Of a DNA stretch of 64,000 bases, positions 10,046 to 21,559 are shown piece after piece; positions within the stretch are counted from its first letter, which is position 1; each line of letters begins with the position of its first letter. Origin of the DNA: Macrostomum lignano (lineage: Eukaryota). The position numbers and the translations under genes are program-made. The stretch lies in assembly GCA_002269645.1 (NCBI GenBank), contig NIVC01000672.1, positions 419,029 through 483,028 of the forward strand, in the 5' to 3' direction. Below the pieces are notes generated by a model, which saw nothing but the letters and a program-made list of their open reading frames with translations, was not told the origin of the DNA and did not search any database.

Positions 10046-11623
10046 GTGGAGCGGCCGGGTGGGTACCGCGCCCCTTTGAGGGTAGCCCACCAACCTTTTA
10101 TCATGGCCTTCGAGCCGACTATGGATAAACAAGCTATTTCTAGGGACGGGGACCCTTCTAAACCCCAACCTCAGTCCGAAGGACCGGCCGGCCCTGCTGG
10201 CAGATCCCAACCGACTGATTCAACTGTGGCAAAGGAAGGACCGGCTGGCTCTGCTGGCAGATCCGACCAGAGCTACCAAACTCAAAATACCCTAAGACCT
10301 GCCAGCTCCGCTGGTGGATCTAAGGGAACCGCGAGCTCTGAGCCTAAAGGACCGGCCAAATCTGGCAGATCCGATGAAGCTCAGCGGGCTCGGCTTGAGC
10401 GCAAACGCGCTAAACAACGCGCCAAAAGGCAGGCCAAGAAGGGAGCTGCGGGGGCCAAAGCGGCGGCGTCCACCATGGATGCTGAAGCGACTGGAGTCCC
10501 AAGGCAACCAGGCGGGCCGGCCGGTGGAAGCTCCAGTAGTTCAGCGGCGGCGCTCCCTGGAGCTGCTGCCGCGGCTGCTGAGGCCGAAACCACGGCGCAA
10601 CAAATGGCCACTGCCAACAAGGAGGTTCCTTCGGGAGCTACCTTTGCGGCGAAGGCCAAGGCCAAAATCCCGGGAGTGATCATCCAAGGTCGCGACCAGG
10701 ACTGGACCACTGATCAGCTTCAAAAAGTGTGGAGTGCTGTTGACTCCTATCTGATTGAGCTGACTGTCGAGGAGGGAATCTCCATCGGCGTTGAGCGGAT
10801 GGTGCTGCGAAGCACATTCGTTCTTATTGCTCCTAGCAGCGAGGAGGACGCTCGGCGGCTGCTCCAGCGGCTACCGACGGTCTCCTTGGATGCTGACCTT
10901 GGTGGAGCTCTTTTTCTTCGCGAGGGCCAGCGTCCAAAGACGATACCCTATGTGGTTTTCGTCCCTGCTAAGAGCACCGCAGCTGGACCAGACGTTATTC
11001 GCCGGGTCCTACTGCGTCTGAACCCCGACCTCCCTGCTAGTGGACTGGTGTATCACCGCAAAGTCCGCAGGGGGGAGACGGGCAACTCAATTGTCCTCGG
11101 CCTTTCCAGCACTTGGGCGAGTCGGTACCCTAATGGATCCTCTTTCCAGCTGGGTGCCCTCAAGCTCAAGTTGCGCCGAGGAAAGTCTGCCAAAGGGAAG
11201 GCTACTGCCAACCCCGGCATCTCCGGCAAGAGCGGGGCGCAGTCTAAGGCCCAAGGAAAGGCGCAAGCCGATCCCAAAGCCAAAGCTGCATCTCGCCCCT
11301 CTGCTAGCAGCAGTTCGGCGACCGCGGTAACGGCTCCGGCCGAGCCCCGGGAACCAAACCTGCCAGTCGGAGAAGGAGTTGAGGACGAGGCCGGGTCTTC
11401 GGAATCCGAGCTCTCCTCGGCCACCTTGGTGGGGTCTGAAGGTAAAGATGCAGGTGAGGAAGCTTCCTCCATCCTGTCATCGGAGCCTGAGGACTCTGCT
11501 GGGGGGCCGGTGGGGGTGAGGAGGCCATGGACGTCGACCAACTCCCATCTCCCAGTCAAGCCCCAGCGGCCTGGGACGAGGACGATCTGTTGTCCAAGTC
11601 TCCTTGATGGCCCTGGGCTCTAG
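10046..11623 (+). CDS. LINE ORF1 (probable nucleic-acid chaperone; no CCHC knuckle seen)
   Basis: 525-codon ORF upstream of ORF2, with low-complexity ends and a globular core (TFAAKAK...GALKLKLRR). Resemblance to the DUF4780-type ORF1 of LOA elements is my inference. Confidence 0.75.
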   Translation: MERPGGYRAPLRVAHQPFIMAFEPTMDKQAISRDGDPSKPQPQSEGPAGPAGRSQPTDSTVAKEGPAGSAGRSDQSYQTQNTLRPASSAGGSKGTASSEPKGPAKSGRSDEAQRARLERKRAKQRAKRQAKKGAAGAKAAASTMDAEATGVPRQPGGPAGGSSSSSAAALPGAAAAAAEAETTAQQMATANKEVPSGATFAAKAKAKIPGVIIQGRDQDWTTDQLQKVWSAVDSYLIELTVEEGISIGVERMVLRSTFVLIAPSSEEDARRLLQRLPTVSLDADLGGALFLREGQRPKTIPYVVFVPAKSTAAGPDVIRRVLLRLNPDLPASGLVYHRKVRRGETGNSIVLGLSSTWASRYPNGSSFQLGALKLKLRRGKSAKGKATANPGISGKSGAQSKAQGKAQADPKAKAASRPSASSSSATAVTAPAEPREPNLPVGEGVEDEAGSSESELSSATLVGSEGKDAGEEASSILSSEPEDSAGGPVGVRRPWTSTNSHLPVKPQRPGTRTICCPSLLDGPGL

Positions 11624-11646
11624 CCAGATATTGCATTTAATACAGT

Positions 11647-14600
11647 ATGACTAAGCTCCACGCTGCCAAAGGAGCGACATTCTGTCTGCAAATAAATTTA
11701 CAGCATTGCGTATCTGCGTCAGTAAATCTGATGAAGATTGCTGAGCTGTACAGGCCAGGCCTCATCCTGATCCAGGAACCCTGGATGCGCAACGGTAAGT
11801 TGCCCAACATTCCCTCTGGCTACTCTGATTTTTATGTGTGTGGCCCGGGGAACAGCCGCCCTAGAGCGGCTATCCTCGCTGCTAGCCATCTCCAGGCTTG
11901 GCTGAGGACTGATCTCTCTGATGGAGACCTTTGCGTCATCCAATCTAATCATTTCTCTCCGCGTACGTGTCTTGTTGCCTCGGTTTATATCCCAGGCGAC
12001 AGAGACCCTGCTCCGAGAGTTTACTGCGCCTTGCGCAGTACTGCGAGTCCCAGAACGCTGAGCTGTGCTTAGGGGGCGACCTCAACGCGCACCACAAGCA
12101 CTGGGGCAGCAAAGATACCAACACTAGAGGAGAGGAGCTTCTGGCCCTCATCTCTAACACAAACCTCATGCTCTGCAACCGCGGCAGCACTCCTACCTTT
12201 AATAATGGCAGATGGACCGAGGTCCTCGACGCCACACTCGTTACCCCAAGACTCTTTGACAGAGTCAAGGAGTGGAGAGTCTGGTCTGAGGAGCCCTCCC
12301 TGTCTGACCACTGCTTTATCGCCTTTAATATCGCGGACACTAAAACCCAGTCTCCGATCACTTGGAGACGCAATATCCGCAACACTGATTGGGCGGCCTA
12401 CAAGGCTGCCCTTGATCTGCACCTGCAGGAACTCACGGACTTACGTCCGATTGAGACCTGCGAGGATGTGGATCATATGGCTGAGACGCTGACAGGTTGC
12501 ATTATTGCAGCCTACGAAGCGGCTTGTCCTGCTCGCGCCTACAGAGGCAAGACCTCGGCGCCGTGGTGGAACCCGGAGCTGGGGAAACTCAGGCGGAAGG
12601 CCAAAAGCCTTCATCGCCGTGCCATGAAGACCGGAAACCCGGAGGACATGGAGCTTTTCCGGCAAGCCTCCCGCAATTTCAAATCTGAAGTGCGCAAGGC
12701 CAAGGAATGTAAGTGGCGCCAATTCTGCAATGAATTGGATCAAGACAGACCTACTTCTAGGCTTGTCAAGGCCCTTACAATGGACAAAATGTCCAAATTA
12801 GCCATGATAAAAAAGATGATGGCTCTCTTACTAAAGACCCTGAAGAAGTGCTTCAGCATATGCTTAGCACATTCTTCCCGAGGGTACCTACTGCTAGACC
12901 GGAGCCCAACCATTCGATGGATGGAGCCACCCTAGCGGCGGGCATTGTCACTGAAGACCTAATCGCTCGTGCGGTCAGAACCTTCAAACCCTTCAAATCT
13001 CCTGGACCTGATGGTATCTACCCTGTTCTCCTTCGTGAAGCAGCCAAGATACCCTCGTTCCTGAGACTCACCCGCAATCTTATGCGGGCCTCTATCCAGC
13101 TGGGATACGTTCCCAAAAGCTGGACTGAAGCTCGAGTAGTCTTTATTCCCAAACCTGGGAAGGGTGACTACCAAAGCGTCAAGGCCTTCCGGCCAATTAG
13201 CTTAACGTCAGCAATGCTTAAGCTCACTGAGAGGCTTATTCTCTGGCGGCTGCTCTCCTGCGAGCTGACAGCGATGCCCCTCAGCAATAATCAGCACGCC
13301 TTCCGTACCGGGAGGTCGACTGACAGCGCCCTGCATGCGATTGTCGAAAAGATTGAACGGGCGGTACTGGGTGACGGTTACGCCCTGGCTCTCTTTCTTG
13401 ACATTGTTGGCGCCTTCGACAACGTTATCTTTGAAGCGTTTCAGAGGGCCCTTCAAAATCGCAAAGCTCATGCTACCCTCATACGGTGGATCATGTACAT
13501 GATCTCCAACCGTACGGTCACTGCCCAACTTCTTGGGCAAACTGCCTCCACCAGAGTCTGTAAGGGTGGACCCCAAGGCGGAGTCCTCACCCCGACGCTC
13601 TGGAACCTGGTCATGGACGCTCTTCTGAGTGACTCCCGACCTGACCCCGTCTTCAAAGTCGGGTATGCTGATGACGTCACGGCCATTGTGGCAGGACCGT
13701 CTCCCAGCACGCTCAGGGATCTGATGCAGAGCTTTATCCGCAAAGCAGAATCCTGGGCCAATGACAATGGTTTGGAACTCTCTGAGCCCAAAACCGTTGC
13801 CATTATGTTTACCAGCAGACTACGCTGGAACATACGTCCTCTGCAGCTCTACGGCAGAGATATTGCCTTCGCGCACCAGACCAGATGTCTCGGGGTCACA
13901 CTTGACCACCGGCTCAACTGGTCCTTCCACGTGAAAGCAAAAGCTAAGCGTGCCTCAGCCATCCTGGCCCAGCTCCGACGAGCACTTGGCACTTCTTGGG
14001 GTCTATCCCCAAAGCGGCTTTGGTGGATCTATACTTCCGTAGTTAGACCTGCCATTACGTACGCCTCTGTTGTCTGGGTTAGCGCTACCCAGGTCAAAAG
14101 CCATGCAGACCTGCTCAACACGATCCAAGGCAGAGCGTGTAGGCTCATCTGCAACGCCACCAGGTCCACGCCCTTTGCTGGCATGGGGGCCTTTCTTAAT
14201 CTTCCGCCTCTTGACCTCTTCATCAGGGGTGAGGCGGCTAGAACGACGCGGCGTCTAATTGATGCCGGCGTCAAATTCATTTACATGAGAGCACCTGCTA
14301 AGCGGAACCTTGTCCCGCATAGCGATCTGTGCCTCAACTTTCTCAACGAGTGTCAGGCCAATCGCGTCTTCACCGATGGCATTGCCTCAACGCTCAACCT
14401 GAGACAGCGCTACTCCGTAGCTATCGACTCGCGCGATAACATCAATGACCATTGGAACCCTGGTGAGCTTCATTGCTACACCGACGGTTCTAAGCAGTCA
14501 GCCAACACCGGCTTTGGTGTTGGAATCTTTCTGAACGGGAGGGTCATCGCTACCCACGCTCAATACACTGGGGTCAACTCCAGTGTTTTCCAAAATGAAG

Positions 14601-15385
14601 TTCTGGCCATCAGCTCCTGCACTGCAGAGCTTCTCGCCACTGGCGTTACTGGTAAGAACATCATTTTCCATTCGGACAGCCAAGCTGCCTTGCACGCCAT
14701 CAGTGGCTGCAGCACCAACTCTGCTACAGTCCTTGACTGTATCAAACTCCTCAATGTGTTGGGTTCCGCCAACAAAATTACCCTTAAGTGGGTTCCGGGG
14801 CATGTGGGGATCCGAGGAAATGAGTTGGCTGACACCCTTGCAAAAGTTGGTGCCTCCGGCTCCTCTCTCGGCCCCGAACCTCTTGTCCCGATTCCTGGCT
14901 GTGTCATCGACTCGCGCATCAAAGCGTGGATCAGGACTCAGCACCGCTCGACTTGGGCGAACCGCACGAACTGCAGGCAATCCAGAGGCGCTGTCCCTCA
15001 GCCCTCTCACCAGCTCCGGAAGCTCCTCTTGCGCCTCTCGCGCAGAGACATCCGGGCTGCCACCATGACCCTCTCTGGTCACGGCTGCTTCTCCAGGCAC
15101 CAGTACCTGCAGGGCAACGCCACCAACGCCACCTGTAGTTTCTGCAACTCAGGTGACGAAACCGCTGAGCATTTCGTCAGCATCTGTCCCGCCTTCACGC
15201 GGGCCAGACTCACTTACCTCGGGCCACACACATCTATTACTGAAGCGTGCAAACCCGAAAACTTTAATCAGCTCATGCGCTACCTTCGGGCCACCCGCAG
15301 GGCTGAACTCTCCTTTCCAGAGAGCACCATAGCTGCTGGCGACACTGGGGGACCTCCCTGGGCGGCGCCAACCCTCCGTCCATAG
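11647..15385 (+). CDS. LINE ORF2: AP endonuclease, reverse transcriptase, RNase H and C-terminal CCHC, with two frameshifts (~12020, ~12810)
   Basis: APE: QINLQH, IQEPW, GGDLNAHH, LSDHC. RT: SPGPDGI, FRPISL, LDIVGAFD, PQGGVLTP, YADDV. RNase H: YTDGSK, NEVLAI, SDSQAAL, VPGHVGIRGNELAD. C-terminus: CSFC...ETAEHFVSIC. Confidence 0.95.
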
Positions 15386-15480
15386 CGACGCGTCGGCCGT
15401 TCAGGGACTAGCGGAATGGGCGCCCGCGCCTTCCCGCTGTGTCCCCTCCGGGACAGCCCTGCAGCTAAGTCAAGTAAGTC

Positions 15481-16638
15481 AAGCCGTTGAAAAGCCGTTC
15501 TTGACGATGCTGTTGATGGGGCAGATCATTGAAGCCACATCCGTTTTCCCGGCACCGAAGTAAATTGCTGAGCACAGAGCGAGCACGAAGCGGCTACCCA
15601 GGGGGGAACAACCATCAGCAGGGGTTGATTCAGATCTGACTATGATCAGACCGCTTTGTTTGTGAAAGTGCAAGGCATTAGTTGTACCTTCAGACCCTAA
15701 ATCAGTAACTTCTCCTGTAGTTCGATTATTTAATATGTTTCCAGCTTCACCAGAAGCATTGAAGCGTTTTCGCAGATGAACAACAACCAGCCTGTGCGCG
15801 TTAGAAAAACAACCTTCTTTGCTAATTTTAGTCAGCAGGTCGTTAACTGCTTTTTTTTCGGTCTCTTCCGCCAGGATTACTACCACATAGGAGGCACCGA
15901 ATTCCTCTGACGGCTTGATGTCATATTTATCAAAATATTTCACGGATTTAGTTTCGCACTGGTCAGGTGATTTGTATTTGGCGTGCTCAAGTGCATCTTG
16001 CAGATTTGCAACGTCCATCCTTGCACTTCTGCCCAAATCAGATGTGTCTTCGTGTAGCGTTTTGCTCACAAGAATGAGAGCGCGATTCTTGTGCTCTTCG
16101 TAATTATTGTAGATTTCTGGGATTTTTTCTTTCAGACGATTCCTCGAAAACTTAAACCCGGGTTCGCCGGTAATATAGTAGAATTGTTCCGTTTTAGAGC
16201 TGTTATTAAAATTTCCAACTGCGTCTTTCAGATTTTCGTTTTTATCTAACATGTCTTTGATCGCTTTCAGCTCACTTCCATCTGTGTCTTCTTTGCCTGC
16301 TTGACATAGGAAATTCACTTTTGTTAATTTTTGTTTATCCTTTTCGTCACGCAGCTTCTCTCTCAGCTTCTTGCTTCCACAAACAATCAGAAGTCTTTCC
16401 GACTGATCACTTCCGCAACTATCGAATGCCTCGAATAGATTCTTCAGTCCATCATTGAGTTTACTACTGCTAGAATGCACTACAAGAACTGCTTGCTTGA
16501 GTGCTTTGGTAGCTTCGACCACTTCCTTACATTTACCAATGTCACCAGTTTCCTCCAACTGAAAATTGCAGTCCCTCAGGTACTGTTTGAACTTCTCACA
16601 GTTTATCTGGTCGATATTAAATAAGAATGCCTTCCTGT
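15481..16638 (-). CDS. Multi-caspase gene 1, proximal part of the exon encoding a degenerate N-module and a catalytically dead pseudo-caspase (interrupted by the LINE)
   Basis: Acceptor tgcatttcAG (16640-16639), phase 1. Motifs RALILVS...MDVANLQDALEHAKY...YVVVILAEE (no His-Gly)...RLVVVHLRK (no Cys)...GSRFVLALC...DVASMICPIN. Confidence 0.85.
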
Positions 16639-16761
16639 CTGAAATGCAGTTCAAATAGAGCAGTTGCGTTAAAAAGTTTGCGTTTGGGGCTGATATCAGA
16701 GCAGTAACGCATCCGGTTCTGCACAAAACACCATCGCCCAATCATTCAAGCGGATTCTCAC

Positions 16762-16797
16762 CTGTTGAAGTTGTGCTGCTTTGTCTGCAATCCGTTA
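16762..16797 (-). CDS. 36-bp phase-1/1 microexon directly upstream of the gene 1 caspase exon
   Basis: tttgcAG|ta acg gat tgc aga caa agc agc aca act tca aca g|GTGAGA. It is in frame with exon 16638 across the 123-bp intron 16761-16639. Confidence 0.65.
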
Positions 16798-17750
16798 CTG
16801 CAAATCAGATTGTTGAATTGGTTGTTAGAATTGGATAGAGGCCAGGACTGGCTGATAGAGAGTTGGGTTGAAGCGTACGTAGCTCCTCAGTAGGGTCATC
16901 AGTGATGGACTGTATTATGCATCCATGCTGATGAAAAGCCATCATCAAGCTATTCGTCTCCATAGGCAGAGACTAGAGCTAGTAGTAATAACTTTATCAG
17001 TTATTCAAAATATTCCCATGGCTATGGCGGCGTACCAGAAGTACTTTTAACAGAATAGCAACCGCACAAAATTGCTTCTAAATTTGTCCTACATTTATGA
17101 CACAGGAACAGTGTTGTAATAGAATGCACTGCTGCTGACACACATTCACTAAGTAAGCTATGGTTCTACCAGCTAATTACGTAATATAAGCTCTCTATCC
17201 TTCCCTGTGTTCCTGACAAGAGTTTAATACACGAAGAGACAATTATCGTCAGCTAAGCTTAAAGCAGGCTTTGCTCGACTTTTCCTCAACTTCTTGTGAG
17301 CTGAATATAACTTCCGGGGCTCCTGCGCCGGAAGGACCTTCTATGCTCTTTGATGCCGTTGAAAAAATGAATCTGCCTTTAGCGTTCAAAACACAACAGG
17401 CGTTGCTTGGATCGAGACAGCCAAACTGCAATAAGCTTTATTTTTCCCCGGAACAGAACCCTCTCTCCTGCGCAAGCACTGCACTGCTCAAAAATATCTG
17501 TAGGAGAGACCCATGCAGCTCAGCCTTGCAGGTTATGGAAACGCGGGAGAGCGCCACCACTGACTGCTGTTGGACCTCTTCACCTCATTCTCTCTACCAG
17601 GCCCTCTTACTGGACACGCGCCCACCTCACTTCTTAGCACTTAGTCCACACTAACAAGGTTCAAATGTCTACTTCTGTTTTCAATTTCTCTAACACTTTC
17701 ATTTTTATTTATTGAGTACAAGGAGTTGATTAGGTTTAAGGCGTGCATGA

Positions 17751-17753
17751 GAC

Positions 17754-17798
<45 letters not shown>

Positions 17799-17846
17799 GA
17801 GGGAGAGAGAGAGGGAGAGAGGGAGAGAGAGAGAGACAGAGAGAGA
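17751..17846. repeat. (GA)n microsatellite inside the duplicated caspase-upstream unit (paralogous runs at 22487-22538 and 32714-32787)
   Basis: All three runs share the flanks gattaggttt..ggcgtgcatgaga and ctgcaaagcaatata. Confidence 0.95.
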
Positions 17847-18335
17847 CTGCAAAGCAATATATGGTACGCGATGGAGAAATGTACTTTGGCTCCGAGAAGC
17901 AAATTCAGTCTGCAGATCCCAGATTGCCGGCATTTCCAAGCTGAGCTGAGCTTTCTTTCTTTCCATGACCGCAAAATTCACTCGAACAAATACACAGCAA
18001 GCGCCCCACACAAAAAGTACTGAGCTTTCTTAGAACAAACCTTTGTCACCACATTCTTCCGAACCCAAACCGACTTTCTTGTTCCATTCTAGCTTGGTAG
18101 TGACAATGCGCAATGGTAATGCATCACAGTCCCCGATGGCACATTGCAAAACAGAAGACGCTATTTGAGGCTTTAGCTATTCAGTTAGAGTAGGTGAGGC
18201 TGCGTGTGTAAAAAGCATTTAAAGAGCTTCAACTAAATCCAGAGTAAGGTCGACAGACTACTCGTACTTACGATAATGAGTAATACCTGAGAGCTGAATT
18301 CACTGCTACTCGTGAATTCGTGTATTCATGCTCAC

Positions 18336-18410
18336 CTTGGTCCTTTTGTGACGTGACTCCGCTATCTTTAGAATGCGAGCTCTGTGGAATCGATGGCGGA
18401 TCGGTCTCAT
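18336..18410 (-). CDS. 75-bp phase-1/1 microexon (ETDPPSIPQSSHSKDSGVTSQKDQ)
   Basis: ttattttattgcAG acceptor and G|GTGAGC donor. Paralogs at 20219-20293, 23033-23101 and 33314-33388. Confidence 0.6.
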
Positions 18411-18510
18411 CTGCAATAAAATAAGCATCTTCTGCAAGATCGCATGCATCATTTAGAACCATGCAGCATATTGTAGGCCGTGCGCTGCACTCTGCCCTTG
18501 CTCATTATTA

Positions 18511-19991
18511 TCGAGTCTAGCAATCAGTTTAGTTATTATATGATGCAATTCTACCTTTAAAACTCAGCGACTACTAGTGCTGGCATGTTATACTCAAAAT
18601 TGGTTGCATTCAATGGACTTAGCGCTTTATTAACTCACACCTCAAAATGGCTGTGTTACTCCATCTACATTTATAGTCACCCAGCTGCTTTATTTTGCAC
18701 TGTAGGTTTACTCCTGAGATTTAATATGGCTCGCTGGCACAAGTCCGTAGAAACCGAACGACAAATACTGATTAGCAACGACTGATTGATGCCTTTGAAG
18801 CTGGCGACGACTGAAAGGCGCTGGCTAACGTATTAAGCATCAAGAATTCCACTGCGAGATCGATCATCGCTACCTGGGTTCGAGAAGCTCGGACTGCCAA
18901 GCTGAGGTGGTGGAAGAAGGCATGTAAAGATGGACGACGGACGAAATGAAGGACCTATCAATAGTTTCCCAAATCGTCACCAAGAAGCCATTCGTAACTC
19001 TCGTTGAAGTCAAGGAGCTTCTGCAGCAGAGATTGCCTGGAAAGCCGCCTGTGTCTATCTCTACCATCGCCAGAGTGCTGGAAGGACAGCTCATCACCTG
19101 CAAAGTTGCAGGCAAGGATGCCGATGCTCCTCTGGAGAGAAATCGGCCTGACGTTATCGTCGCCCGGCAGGATTTCGCCCGCTTCTTTGTTAATCTAGGG
19201 GCCAATCATCATCTTATCTGCTTAGACGAATGCGGCTACAATCTGCACACAAGGAGAACTATCGGCAGAGCAGCACGAGCTGAGCGACTTCGACACCAAG
19301 TATGAGGGTCGAGAGGTCGAAACGTCGTACTTACATTGGCGATCTCTTCGACGCTTGGGCTCGTGCATCACCGGTTGCGACAAGAAACCGTCACTCGTCA
19401 AAACTTTCAAGGGTTCATCGACGAGCTAGTGCAGATGGCGGTCGCGATGCTACCGAACAACGAAACCTGCACCATCATCTTCGACGGCGCCAGACCGCAT
19501 CTTCGTATTTCTGTCCCACAGTAATTCGCTGGCCAATTCCAGTTGCGCATGTTGCCAGCCTACAGCCCAATGTTAACACTCACCGAGCAGGCTCACAGCT
19601 GCTTCAAAGCTGTCGTTAAGCGGCAGCTTGCCGAACCTGCCGTGGCGCGTCAAATAGCTGGTGTTGAAAATAATCGCCGAAATGAAGGCCTCAGCCTCTG
19701 CGACTGGCGTGCAAGGATTCAAATCCAAGTATAGGCGGAACTGCTTTAGACACCATCACCATTCAGAAGTGTCAAAACTTGTGCGGCCGTCTGCACCGCT
19801 TCATGCCCGACTCGCTGGCGGGCAGGCCGATCGTCAACGGATAATTAATAATTCATTGAACTCTTTCTGATATTGTTGGTGTGATTTTGCATTGTGTTAT
19901 CCAGAAAGTTGAAATTTATGAAAATAAATTAAAAATGATGGAGGTACATGCCTCCGATTTACAGGATTTAAAAACTGATTGCTAGACTCGG
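18511..19991 (+). mobile_element. Decayed Tc1/IS630-superfamily DNA transposon (~1.48 kb), TA target duplication
   Basis: TIR cgagtctagcaatcagttt (18512-18530) versus aaactgattgctagactcg (19972-19990), with TA at 18509-10 and 19992-93. Transposase pieces 18725-~19740: HTH/GG-R region, ICLDECGYN, IIFDGARPH, LPAYSPMLTLTE, with stops and frameshifts. Confidence 0.85.
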
Positions 19992-20218
19992 TAATGATTT
20001 CCACATGGGCCAACAAGATTGCTGCACACGATATTGACTGCAATGTATTGCTACGAAGTGAAGCTAAATTGGTTTAAGTGGACGAGGAGAAATCGATGCG
20101 TGATAGCGATCCAGTTAGAGTCGGTAAGGCTGCGTGTGTAAAAAGCACTTATGATAATGAATAATACCTGACAGCTGAGTTCAGTGCGACTCGTGAACTC
20201 AAAGTGATTCATGCTCAC

Positions 20219-20293
20219 CTTGGCCCTTTCGTGACGTGACTCCGCTATCTTTAGGAGGCGAGCTCTGTGGAATCGATGGCGGATCGGTCTCAC
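20219..20293 (-). CDS. 75-bp phase-1/1 microexon (ETDPPSIPQSSPPKDSGVTSRKGQ)
   Basis: tattgcAG|gt gag acc...ggc caa g|GTGAGC. Confidence 0.6.
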
Positions 20294-20626
20294 CTGCAAT
20301 AAAATAAACATCTTCTGCAAGATCGCATGCATCATTTGGAACCAGAATGTTCGAAACAATAGCTACATGATAAAGATTCAGTTCCTAGATGGCTATACTT
20401 TATAGCATTCGTATAAGTACGTAGGAAAATTAAAAATACCATGACTGCATCATACTATACTCTCCTATTCATAACTATAGTGTTGAGTTTTAGAAAATTC
20501 GGTTTCAGCTGTTGTATATTTTAATTGAGACCAAATTACAGCCGCAGGTGCACCAGCGCTAAATTAACATAATCGATTTTCTTCTGCACAAAACACCATC
20601 GCCCAATCATGCAAGCACATGCTCAC

Positions 20627-20677
20627 CGGTGGCAGTTGAGTCGCCTTGGCTGAGATCCGTTAATATATCAGCATCAA
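20627..20677 (-). CDS. 51-bp phase-1/1 microexon (DADILTDLSQGDSTAT)
   Basis: gatttgcAG|tt gat gct...gcc acc g|GTGAGC. Confidence 0.6.
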
Positions 20678-20829
20678 CTGCAAATCAGATTGTTGAATTG
20701 GTTAGAATTGGATAGAGGCCAGGACTGGCTAATAGAGAGATGGGTTGAAGCGCACGGAGCCCCTCGGCATACTGTATGTCTCCATGCTGATGACAGCTGC
20801 TAATGAAGCCATCATCAAGCCCCTCGGCA

Positions 20830-21384
20830 TACTGTAATTGTTGTAAAAATTGTCGATTTCTGGGATTTTTTCTTTCAGACGATTCCTCGAAAACGTAAAC
20901 CCGGTTTCGCCGGGAATATAGTAGAATTTTACCGTTTTAGAGCTTTTATTAAAATCTCCAACTGCGTCTTTCAAATTTTCGTTTTTAATTAACATGTCTG
21001 CGATCTCTTTCAGCTCACTTCCATCTGTGTCTTCTTCGTCTTTTTTACATAGGAAATTCACTTTTGTTAATTTTTGTTGATTTTTTTCGTCACGCAGCTT
21101 CTCTCTAAGCTTCTTGCTTCCACAAACAATCAGAAGTCTTTCCGACTGATTATTTCCGTAACTATCGAATGCCTCGAGTAGAATATTTAGTTTATCATCG
21201 AGTTCACTACTGCTACGATGCACTACGAGAACTGCTTGCTTCAATGATTCCTCAGCTGACTTCTCAGCAAGCAGATTCGTAAATTCATCAATGTTATTAC
21301 ATTCTTTCAACTGAAAATCGCAGTCCTTCAGATACTTTTTGAAGCCTGTATTCGATGTGATATTAAAAAAGAATGCTTTCCTGT
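20830..21384 (-). pseudogene. Truncated third copy of the multi-caspase exon (N-module only)
   Basis: Close paralog of 16638-16090 (RKAFFFN...KQAVLVVH...ERLLIVCGSKKLREKLRDEK...FSRNRLKEKIPEI) with the same acceptor (21386-21385). It breaks off at ~20835 into the upstream repeat unit. Confidence 0.8.
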
Positions 21385-21505
21385 CTGAAATGCAGTTCAA
21401 AAATATTTGCGATAGCAAGTGAGGGCTGGGGCTAAATATCGGAGCAGTAACGCATCCGGTTCTGCACAAAACACCATCGCCCCAATCATGCAAGCACATT
21501 CTCAC

Positions 21506-21559
21506 CTGTGACTGCTGAAGTTGAGTCGCCTTGTTTGGGGTCCGTTAAACGAGATCCAA
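21506..21559 (-). CDS. 54-bp phase-1/1 microexon (GSRLTDPKQGDSTSAVT)
   Basis: aatttgcAG|tt gga tct...gtc aca g|GTGAGA, in frame with exon 21384. Confidence 0.6.

Larger units (their letters stand above)
9586..15480 (+). mobile_element. Full-length non-LTR retrotransposon (I-group, LOA/R1/Tad1-like; ORF1 plus APE-RT-RNase H-CCHC ORF2), 15-bp TSD
   Basis: TSD aagccgttgaaaagc at 9571-9585 and 15481-15495. The 3' tail is (TAAGTCAAG)2 and the 5' UTR is ~500 bp. Confidence 0.95.

Noticed and set aside
15479-16741. Treating this ORF as a complete gene with its GTG start and TGA stop
   Set aside because: The first ~34 codons are intronic (GT 16761 to AG 16639) and the stop is created by the LINE junction.
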